From an uncultured Chloroflexia bacterium (GTDB lineage Bacteria; Chloroflexota; Chloroflexia; QHBQ01; JADMIH01), in the NCBI GenBank assembly GCA_963797095.1, contig CAWCNY010000008.1, positions 32,001 to 96,000 of the forward strand: DNA of 64,000 nucleotides. The letters run 5' to 3'. Of this stretch, positions 56,402 through 64,000 are shown in pieces. The notes beneath the pieces were generated by a model. It had not been told where the DNA came from and did not search any database. It saw nothing but the letters and a program-made list of their open reading frames with translations. Every line of letters starts with the position of its first letter. Position 1 is the first letter of the stretch. A program made the translations under genes and the position numbers.

Positions 56402-57085
56402 CTAGCGAGTGCGGGTCAGCGTATATACTGCTGTGTACTTGCTCCCGTCGCCCTGCACCTGGGCCACAGCCGAGGTGGACTGGCCAGGCACCAGGCTATC
56501 GAAGCGTCCCAGGGTGAGCAGGAGGCGATTGGGAGAACCAATCGGGTCATCGTCGGTCGCCTGAACCGCATCATAGATGGAGTTGGCAACTACACCGCCC
56601 AGGGCCATTGGGTCAACGATCCCGGCGGCAAGAGCGTCGGCGAAGTCGACATTAGCGTTCACCATGGCATTACCGATCGCCAGGGGAGCATCTCCATCGC
56701 TTTCAACTACTTGAGTAACGAGTGCTACTACTCCCTGCACATTGCCATTCAGAACGTCCAGATTGGGGACACGACCCTCACCCGCGTCAACGCCATTGTA
56801 AACATCAGTATGCCACATGGTGAGGCTGGGAGGGTCAGCCAGCGTCGCAGCCCTGACCATACCAACTATAACATAGGGTTCGTCGCTGGAAAATAGCAGG
56901 CCGCTATCTTGTTCATTCTGGCAGAATAGCATGGTCAGCCGGATGCGGAACTGCTCCCAGGGCTGTATCTGCGCCAGTGGTGCTGAGCCGGGGCTGCCTA
57001 CAGAGGCCGATGTTGATGCTGGTGCAAGCAGGCCCAGGACCAGCAAAGCCAGTGCTGCTAAGGTGAAAAACCTGCGTCCATTCAT
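56402..57085 (-). CDS. Secreted hypothetical protein (C2-like beta-sandwich)
   Basis: Signal peptide MNGRRFFTLAALALL...ASA; 'RIRLT...C..E.....SDEPYVI...VVESD...DDDPIG'. Confidence 0.75.
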   Translation of the reverse strand: MNGRRFFTLAALALLVLGLLAPASTSASVGSPGSAPLAQIQPWEQFRIRLTMLFCQNEQDSGLLFSSDEPYVIVGMVRAATLADPPSLTMWHTDVYNGVDAGEGRVPNLDVLNGNVQGVVALVTQVVESDGDAPLAIGNAMVNANVDFADALAAGIVDPMALGGVVANSIYDAVQATDDDPIGSPNRLLLTLGRFDSLVPGQSTSAVAQVQGDGSKYTAVYTLTRTR

Positions 57086-57156
57086 TTCTTTTCTCCTTTC
57101 TTTGATACATTTGACAGGGTAGGTAGGGGCGGGCCACAACCCGCCCCACGGATCTT

Positions 57157-57876
57157 CTAGTGCGTGCGCTCGATCTCGAAGGTCAGGGTGTAATCCGCAC
57201 CCTTGCCTACGAAGTTGCGCGTCACAGTGCTGGCTCCGTTCAGGGCCAGGTCATCGAACGTCGTATAGCTAGCGATAAAGCGTGCTGCAGGCCCGATAAC
57301 GTCGTCGTCATCTACCAGAGGTAGCGCGGCGGCATCCACTGCGTCATGAATGGACGTGGCGACGATACCACCCAGTGTCCAGCGATCCCGGGTTCCTCCC
57401 GTCACTGCGCGCACAAAGTCGGCCGTCGCGGCCACTCTTGCCGACTCATAGATCAGGTTTTTCTCGCTGTCGTCGTGTTCGACCACCTGGGCTACAACTA
57501 CCATCGAACTCTCGATATGGCCGTTCAGTACGTCCAGGTTGGGGTATCTGTTATCATGGGGGTCAAAACCGTTGTAGATCCTGGTAATGAAGAAGCTGAG
57601 TCTCGGCGTATTCAGGAGACCGCCAGGCCCTATTGTCGCCAGAATCACATAGATTTCGTCGCTATTGAACACGCCATCCTCGTTGGTATCGGAGCAGTGT
57701 ATCTTGGTCAGCCTGATGCGATGCTGCTCGCCCGGTGTGATGAAGGCTGTGGCCATACCTGGCCCGAGTATGGAGGCCAGACCCCGGGCGTTGGCCCGGA
57801 GCGCAGACCCAGGAGCCAACATACATATAGCCAGTAATGCGAGCGCACACAGCGCGTGAACCTTGTGGGCTTTCAT
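57157..57876 (-). CDS. Secreted hypothetical protein, paralog of 56402..57085
   Basis: Signal peptide; shares RIRLT, SDE.YVI, PNLDVLNG, QVVE.D and DDD.IG. Confidence 0.78.
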   Translation of the reverse strand: MKAHKVHALCALALLAICMLAPGSALRANARGLASILGPGMATAFITPGEQHRIRLTKIHCSDTNEDGVFNSDEIYVILATIGPGGLLNTPRLSFFITRIYNGFDPHDNRYPNLDVLNGHIESSMVVVAQVVEHDDSEKNLIYESARVAATADFVRAVTGGTRDRWTLGGIVATSIHDAVDAAALPLVDDDDVIGPAARFIASYTTFDDLALNGASTVTRNFVGKGADYTLTFEIERTH

Positions 57877-58178
57877 CTTATTCTCCTTCCAGTACTTGGA
57901 CTGCTGTGGTTAGTTCGATTGTTGTTGCCGTCTTCACGATATCGGATCAGTTGGCGCATCGGCTGGCCGCCTTTGCGCTTGCTGTTCCCTGCCTTTCTCA
58001 TCTCATAAGCCTTCGCCTCCTGTAACGGCTGCCGTCCGACGTTGTCCTGCTCGAATCCTCGTGGTTAGCCGGTACCGTTCGCAATGATAAATCGGGGCCT
58101 TGTGCTATAATTTGGGTGCGGTTTCGGTACAGTTCCGGTAGTATTCTTGGGAAACTGGCCCGGAAAGGGGCGGTTTGG

Positions 58179-60245
58179 ATGGGTCGGAGGCATACTCGCT
58201 CGGACGAATTGCACGCTGCGCAGGCCGAAAGATTCGCAGCGCTTCTGGCGGATCTGCTCTACCAGGTCGGCCTCACCCACAAGGAAGTCGCCCAGATGCT
58301 CGGAGTGCCGGTTGGCACGGTTGATTCTTGGACTCGCGGCTCAGATCCCAAAATCCCGTCCGAGACCAACTTGTCGGCGCTGTGTGTCATGCTCAACGAG
58401 CACAAGCCCGGCGCTGGGGTGGAACTTGCCAGCGCCGCGGGCCGTTCCTGGTCGCCCCCTAACCCCGCCCCTAACTCAGCCATTGAAACCGGTCATGAAG
58501 TCCCAACAGAACCTCTCGCTGCTGACGTAACCACAACCTCGCTCGAAGCCAGGGCGGCCTCGGATACGGTCAATCTCTCGCCTATTCAGAGCGCCGTCGT
58601 GAGGGCAAAGCAGGAGGGCAAGACGTTTCTTGCGCCCGCAGCCCTCGTGATGGTCCTGTTGGCACTGTTGGCTGGTGGAGCTATTCTGATGCAGAGCCGC
58701 AACTCGAGCCCTGGCGGAGACCCAACCACCACGCCCAGTGTCAATCCAACGCCTCCATCCGAAGGCGTACAACTGGGAGATCGCCTGTTGGCAGAGCGCA
58801 AGCCCGATCAGGCGTTGAGCGCATATGAGCTGGTGCTGGCCAGCGAATCAAGCAATGCCCAGGCGCTGCTGGGCAAGGGGCGGGCGTTAACCGACTTGGA
58901 ACGGTACGGAGAAGCCGTTGGGGCGCTGACTGACGCATTGGCCGCAAAGCCAGGCGATTTCCAGACTTTACTGGCTCGCGCTCATGTTTATCTCAGGATG
59001 AAATACTGGGGTTACGCCCGTGATGATGCCAACCGGGCGCTTGAACTGGACGAGGCTTCGCTGGACGCTTTGCTGGCAAGGGGACACGCCGCTGCCGGAA
59101 GTAACGCGTGGGCGGAGGCGCTTGCAGACTACGATGCCGCGTTGAAGACTCACTCCAACGACCCCTCTGTTTACCTGGATCGTGGGGAAGCGTACCTGGA
59201 ACACGGGGATGCTGCACAGGCAACCGCCGACTTCAATAAAGCTTTGTCGCTAAATCCCGGGCCCTCGCGCGCATTGGTCGCCCTGGGCCGCACCTACCTC
59301 ACGGGCGATCTGATTCAGCCCAACAGGGCGCTCGAATACTTTAGCCAGGCCATTGAAGCCGAACCAGATAGCAGCGATGCATATTACTGGAGGGGCTACA
59401 CTTACATGGATCAAATAGGGGTGCCTGCAAGCGCACGTGATGACCTTACAAAGGCCATCGACATCGGCCCGGCCAATTCACGACTATACCATGCGCGTGC
59501 TAAAAGTGAGGAGTTGTTGGACGACAGAGAAGCACAACTTGCCGACCTGGACCGGGCGGTGGCTCTCGATCCCAGAAATCCGCAGGTCTACCATTGGAGA
59601 TACGAGTATTCCTACTGGAACCGAGATTACACTCATGCACTCAGCGACCTAAACACCGAGTTGGGAAGCGACAGAAATAACCCGCTGCTACATATCTACA
59701 GGAGCGAGTTGTACCTTCTGCTCGAGAACCCGGTCCAGGCCGAGGTCGACGCACGCCAGGCCGTGGTTCTAGGCCATGAATATGCTCTCACTTATGTCGC
59801 CCTGGCTCAGGCGCTGTCCATACAGCAGAAATACACAGATGCTCTTGCCGAGGCCAACCGGGCTGTGCGCGCCAGCGATCCAGACAACCACGTTGCCGCT
59901 CTTGCCGCAAGAGGATGGGTTGAATTGAAAATGGGGCAGATTAGCCAGGCCACCGCCGATTTTGAGGAGGCGCTCAAGTCCGATGGCTTCAACAGGATAG
60001 CGCTCTTCGGTCGTGCCAGCATCTCTATTGACAACAACCAGTTTGAATCCGCTCTGAATGATATCGAACTCGGTATAAACCAGTATGATCGCTACGGCCT
60101 TGGCTATTTGTTGCGCGCCCGCGTGGCGATGGCCCAGGATAAGCCCGACAAAGCTCGTGCGGATCTATCAGAGGCCCAAGACCGAATCCTGTATCCAGAC
60201 GAGTCTTCTCAGGTCAAAGCGTTACTGGGAGAACTCAATCCTTAG
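58179..60245 (+). CDS. XRE-type HTH + transmembrane helix + long TPR array
   Basis: 'LTHKEVAQMLGVPVGTVDSWTRG' HTH; TM 'AALVMVLLALLAGGAILM'; more than 10 TPR-like repeats. Confidence 0.85.
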   Translation: MGRRHTRSDELHAAQAERFAALLADLLYQVGLTHKEVAQMLGVPVGTVDSWTRGSDPKIPSETNLSALCVMLNEHKPGAGVELASAAGRSWSPPNPAPNSAIETGHEVPTEPLAADVTTTSLEARAASDTVNLSPIQSAVVRAKQEGKTFLAPAALVMVLLALLAGGAILMQSRNSSPGGDPTTTPSVNPTPPSEGVQLGDRLLAERKPDQALSAYELVLASESSNAQALLGKGRALTDLERYGEAVGALTDALAAKPGDFQTLLARAHVYLRMKYWGYARDDANRALELDEASLDALLARGHAAAGSNAWAEALADYDAALKTHSNDPSVYLDRGEAYLEHGDAAQATADFNKALSLNPGPSRALVALGRTYLTGDLIQPNRALEYFSQAIEAEPDSSDAYYWRGYTYMDQIGVPASARDDLTKAIDIGPANSRLYHARAKSEELLDDREAQLADLDRAVALDPRNPQVYHWRYEYSYWNRDYTHALSDLNTELGSDRNNPLLHIYRSELYLLLENPVQAEVDARQAVVLGHEYALTYVALAQALSIQQKYTDALAEANRAVRASDPDNHVAALAARGWVELKMGQISQATADFEEALKSDGFNRIALFGRASISIDNNQFESALNDIELGINQYDRYGLGYLLRARVAMAQDKPDKARADLSEAQDRILYPDESSQVKALLGELNP

Positions 60246-60284
60246 GCATCCATGCCATCAGGCTCATAGTAGGAGCAATATCAT

Positions 60285-60360
60285 GGTGCAAGTAAACTCG
60301 TAAGCGCCAATGTCGTAGGCCTTGCCACGTGGCCTGGGCACTCCCTTATAGTCCAACCGA
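60285..60360 (-). pseudogene. 3' remnant of another beta-helix protein
   Basis: RLDYKGVPRPRGKAYDIGAYEF parallels LDYLGYPRPQGKGFDIGAYES of 53688..56273. Confidence 0.65.
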
Positions 60361-60532
60361 CTTCGATTTGCTTGTTACTTCCAGAGCCTCCAAGATAGAA
60401 ACCGTGATCTATATGGGTAATGGTTTGCCAAAACATTCATGATCGCGTAAGCGGTCAGAGTAAGCCATGGCCCTACAGGCCACCATTACCGATGAAAATG
60501 GATATACTGGTTCAAGGAGGTTGCCAAGGCTA

Positions 60533-60680
60533 AAGGTCGGCCCCAACCTGGTGCCCCGAGCCTGTTTCAGAGTATGACCTGGGTATCTTCAGGCACCATT
60601 GTCTGTCGCTCCTTCTTGAGTTCTTGAGAAGGAAGCACGTAGAGGAGAATCTTCGCATAATGGATACCCGCTTGGCCTAC
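60533..60680 (+). ncRNA. Putative bridge/seek RNA of IS110 copy 1
   Basis: Blocks conserved with copy 2 (AAGGTCGG, CTGGTGC, CGAGCC, TGACCTGGGT, AGGCACCA, GGAAGCACG, AGAATCT); boundaries approximate. Confidence 0.65.
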
Positions 60681-60730
60681 CTCCTGTCTCCGCCTGTCTG
60701 CTGATTACGCGAAAGGAGGTACAGGCAGCA

Positions 60731-61954
60731 ATGAACATACTTTATGAGCGATGCTGTGGGTTGGATGTTCACAAGAAGAGTGTGGTGGCTTGCTTACTCA
60801 CCCCACAGGGCAAGCAGGTAAGGACGTTCGGCACCATGACTGGCGATATCCTTCAGATGGCAGACTGGCTCCAGCAAGAAGGGTGTACTCATGTGGCGAT
60901 GGAATCGACCGGCGTCTATTGGAAACCGATCTACAACCTATTGGAGGGGGAGTTTGAACTGCTCTTGGTCAATGCCCAGCACATCAAAGCAGTGCTTGGT
61001 CGCAAGACCGATGTACGCGATTGTGAGTGGATCGCCGACTTGCTCAGACACGGCCTGCTGAGAGGCAGTTTCGTACCTGATCGCCCCCAACGGGAGTTAA
61101 GGGAACTAACACGATACCGCACGCAATTGATAAGAGAACGCTCTACTGAGGTCGACCGGTTGCAGAAGACGTTGGAGGGAGCCAATATCAAGCTGGCAAG
61201 TGTTGCCACCGACATCATGGGAGTATCGGGGAGGCAGATCCTTTCGGCGTTGCTGGACGGACAGGTCGATGAGCGAGCGATGGCAGAACTTGCCAGGGGG
61301 CGGATGAGGGAGAAGATACCCCAACTGCAAGAGGCACTCCGAGGATGCTTTGGTGCCCATCAACGCTTCATGCTAGCTCACCAGTTAGCCTTGATCGACG
61401 TGCTAGACGCATCGATTGAGGGGTTGAGCCGCGAGATAGAAGAGAGGGTGAGCCCTTTTCAGTTGGCGTTGGACTTGTTGGTGACGATCAGGGGAGTGGG
61501 GCAGCGCACAGCGGAGGTGATCGTCTCTGAGGTAGGAGTTGATATGAGCCGATTTCCCACATCTCGGCATCTGGCCTCGTGGGCAGGGATGTGTCCTGGC
61601 AACAACGAGAGTGCAGGTAAACGCAAGAGCGGTAGGACCCGTAAAGCTAATCCGTGGCTGAGAACGGCATTAGTGGAGGCCGCTCAAGCAGCTGCTCACT
61701 GCAAACAGAGTTACCTGTCAGCACAATACCACCGGATAGCCAGGCGTGGAGGTGCCAACAAAGCTGCAGTAGCTGTAGGTCATACTATTCTCGTTATTGC
61801 TTATGAGATGCTGACGCATCAAACCACCTACAATGAGTTGGGAGGAAACTACTTCCATGAGCGAGACCGCAAGGCCAAAGAGCGGCGTCTGATCCATAGC
61901 CTGGAGCGACTTGGATACAAGGTTTCACTTGAGCCGGTTGCTTCGGCTGCATGA
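60731..61954 (+). CDS. IS110-family DEDD transposase/recombinase
   Basis: CGLDVHK, AMESTG, GRKTDVRD, ESAGK. Confidence 0.95.
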   Translation: MNILYERCCGLDVHKKSVVACLLTPQGKQVRTFGTMTGDILQMADWLQQEGCTHVAMESTGVYWKPIYNLLEGEFELLLVNAQHIKAVLGRKTDVRDCEWIADLLRHGLLRGSFVPDRPQRELRELTRYRTQLIRERSTEVDRLQKTLEGANIKLASVATDIMGVSGRQILSALLDGQVDERAMAELARGRMREKIPQLQEALRGCFGAHQRFMLAHQLALIDVLDASIEGLSREIEERVSPFQLALDLLVTIRGVGQRTAEVIVSEVGVDMSRFPTSRHLASWAGMCPGNNESAGKRKSGRTRKANPWLRTALVEAAQAAAHCKQSYLSAQYHRIARRGGANKAAVAVGHTILVIAYEMLTHQTTYNELGGNYFHERDRKAKERRLIHSLERLGYKVSLEPVASAA

Positions 61955-62078
61955 ATTCCAGTTATTTTCAGAGGAGAGGAGTTTGTCATGTCGCTGGGGA
62001 CACCAGCGTATGAATGAAAATGGTTGAGCCACCCCTTGACCATGTGCTATGCTACTCGTTAGGCACTCTGAGCGCAAC

Positions 62079-62260
62079 AAGGTCGGGCTTGGTCTGGTGC
62101 TGCGAGCCCGTAAGAGCAGTTTGACCTGGGTGTCCCGAGGCACCACGTATTGTTGCTCCCATGCCTGTCCAGGCATCACCACTGTTGTGGGTCGGTGATT
62201 GGGTTGGGGATGGGAAGCACGCACAGCAGAATCTGTGATCAGGTGGACACCTCGCTCAGT
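62079..62260 (+). ncRNA. Putative bridge/seek RNA of IS110 copy 2
   Basis: Same conserved blocks as copy 1, with a longer variable stem; boundaries approximate. Confidence 0.65.
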
Positions 62261-62296
62261 GTCATGGTAAGTGTCATTTGTCTTAGCAATCTGAAC

Positions 62297-62350
62297 GAAC
62301 GCGAACGCGAACGCGAACGCGAACGCGAACGCGAACGCGAACGCGAACGC
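62297..62350. repeat. (GAACGC)9 microsatellite inside the IS110 left end
   Basis: Read directly; copy 1 has a single ACGCGAA at the equivalent position. Confidence 0.93.
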
Positions 62351-62375
62351 GAACAGGGCATAGGAGGTGGCTACG

Positions 62376-63644
62376 ATGCAAGTGGTTTATGAGAGATGCT
62401 GCGGGTTGGACATTCACAAGAGGACAGTAGTGGCTTGTATAATCTTGCCAGGAACGCTGGGACCCACCGGCCAACCCACCGGCCAACCCACCAAGGAAGT
62501 CAAGAGCTTTGGCACCATGACCGATGATCTGCTCCACCTGTCCGACTGGCTCCTCTCCCATCGAGTGACCCATGTGGCCATGGAGTCGACAGGGGTCTTT
62601 TGGAAACCCATTTACAACCTGTTGGAAGGGCAGTTCGAGCTTTTGTTGGTCAACCCCCAACACATCAAGGCGGTGCCTGGTCGCAAGACTGACGTGCGAG
62701 ACTGTGAGTGGATTGCCGATCTTTTGCGTCACGGGCTGTTGGCTGGGAGTTTTGTGCCTGACCAGGGACAGCGAGAGCTTCGGGAATTGACGCGCTACCG
62801 CACCCAGTTGATAAGGGAGCGTGCTTCTGAGGTCAACCGACTGCAGAAGACGTTGGAGGGGGCCAACATCAAGCTGGCAAGTGTCGCTACTGACATTACG
62901 GGAGTATCGGGGCGTCAGATACTGCAAGCTTTGTTGGAGGGGCAGAGCGATGAGCGAGCAATGGCCGAGCTTGCCAGGGGGCGCATGAGGGAGAAGATAC
63001 CGCAGTTGGAGGCGGCTCTCAAAGGGAGGTTCAGAGCACATCAGCGCTTTATGGTAGCCCAGCAGTTGGCCCACATAGACTTCCTGGACGAGGCCATTGA
63101 GAAGGTGAACATAGAGATAGAGGCAAGAATGGCCCCTTTTGGGTGGGCGCTGGACCTGTTGGAGACGATCCGGGGAGTGGGCCAGCGCACGGCTGAGGTG
63201 ATCATCGCAGAGATAGGGGTTGATATGGAGCGTTTCCCCACCTCCCGCCATTTGGCATCGTGGGCTGGGATGTGTCCTGGGAACCATGAGAGTGCGGGTA
63301 AGCGTAAGAGTGGCAAGACACGTAAAGGCAATGTGTGGTTGCGAACGGCGTTGGTGGAGGCCGCTCAAGCGGCGGGGCGGTGCAAAGGGAGCAAGGAGAG
63401 CTACTTGTCTGCTCAGTATCGGAGGATAGCCCGCAGTGGTGGGTCCAACAAAGCGGCGGTGGCTGTGGGCCACTCTATTCTGGTAATTGCCTATGAGATG
63501 TTGAAGCATCAAACCACCTACAACGATTTAGGTAATGGTTACTTTGATGAGCGAGACCGGCAAGCAAAAGAGCGGCGGCTGATACATAGTTTGGAGAAGC
63601 TGGGATACAGGGTCTCTCTTGAGCCTCTCCCTTCAGCTGCCTGA
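62376..63644 (+). CDS. IS110-family DEDD transposase/recombinase
   Basis: CGLDIHK, AMESTG, GRKTDVRD, ESAGK; RBS AGGAGG; closely related to copy 1. Confidence 0.95.
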   Translation: MQVVYERCCGLDIHKRTVVACIILPGTLGPTGQPTGQPTKEVKSFGTMTDDLLHLSDWLLSHRVTHVAMESTGVFWKPIYNLLEGQFELLLVNPQHIKAVPGRKTDVRDCEWIADLLRHGLLAGSFVPDQGQRELRELTRYRTQLIRERASEVNRLQKTLEGANIKLASVATDITGVSGRQILQALLEGQSDERAMAELARGRMREKIPQLEAALKGRFRAHQRFMVAQQLAHIDFLDEAIEKVNIEIEARMAPFGWALDLLETIRGVGQRTAEVIIAEIGVDMERFPTSRHLASWAGMCPGNHESAGKRKSGKTRKGNVWLRTALVEAAQAAGRCKGSKESYLSAQYRRIARSGGSNKAAVAVGHSILVIAYEMLKHQTTYNDLGNGYFDERDRQAKERRLIHSLEKLGYRVSLEPLPSAA

Positions 63645-63666
63645 TCCTGAGTTATTTTCACAGCAG

Positions 63667-63689
63667 CAGAGCAGAGCAGAGCAGAGCAG
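63667..63689. repeat. (CAGAG)n pentamer repeat flanking IS110 copy 2
   Basis: cagag cagag cagag cagag cag. Confidence 0.85.
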
Positions 63690-64000
63690 TTGAGGTGGAG
63701 CAATTTCCACGATATGCTTGGGGCATGACGGGGCAGACCCTTGAAGAGGAAGTAATCGCATTACGGGCAGAGGTAGCCAGCCTCGACTGACCTGATTTTC
63801 AAATGCCAACCTCATTTCTGACACTACCCGGGAGCTATTCTTGTACCTGGCCATTCAGGAGTCTCCCTGACAGGCCCTCAAGGCTCTTTGGTATGTTGGA
63901 GATTGGTGATGGCATTGCGCGAGCTAATATAGCCGCAGTCTCGCCTCTTGCTGCCTCAGTGTCCATCATGAATGCGCTATGCTATCGCTACATCTGTGAG

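Larger units (their letters stand above)
60461..61976 (+). mobile_element. IS110-family element, copy 1
   Basis: Long left non-coding end, sub-terminal TGAAAAT/ATTTTCA, AG core at both junctions; ends inferred by aligning the two copies. Confidence 0.75.
61982..63666 (+). mobile_element. IS110-family element, copy 2
   Basis: Left end TTTGTCATG...TGAAAATGG aligns with copy 1 TAAGCCATG...TGAAAATGG; right end GTTATTTTCACAGCAG. Confidence 0.75.

Noticed and set aside
62283-63512. Long antisense ORFs (62283..63512; also 8551..9501, 13937..14806, 21523..22305, 28394..29101, 44101..44772)
   Set aside because: Shadows of well-supported genes on the opposite strand in GC-rich DNA, with no recognisable motifs.
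63690-64000. Short ORFs at the right edge
   Set aside because: No convincing coding signal or family motif within the window.

Overview
GC-rich accessory region, probably from a Chloroflexota-like bacterium (inferred from the gene families), with no rRNA, tRNA or CRISPR array seen. It has five parts. (i) 1-20.7 kb: a toxin-antitoxin/defence graveyard around a tyrosine integrase and a second integrase remnant, each next to a loxP-like palindrome. (ii) 21-36 kb: a membrane/stress gene cluster around a MalT-like LuxR regulator, where six promoters share a 19-bp motif at a fixed distance from the -10 box; it is hit by an IS701-type and an IS481/ISNCY-type element. (iii) 36-43.9 kb: a second MalT-like regulator module and an IS1182 remnant carrying a 132-bp MITE. 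(iv) 44-52 kb: a candidate defence operon (coiled-coil protein, two DUF2791/BrxD-like ATPases, Lhr-like helicase) with TA modules inserted into it. (v) 53.7-64 kb: secreted proteins next to a membrane-anchored HTH-TPR protein, then two tandem IS110 elements whose left-end non-coding regions carry guide-like heptamers matching their own ends and a (CAGAG)n target. Short tandem duplications and homopolymer frameshifts occur throughout. All product calls come from reading motifs by eye, not from database searches.
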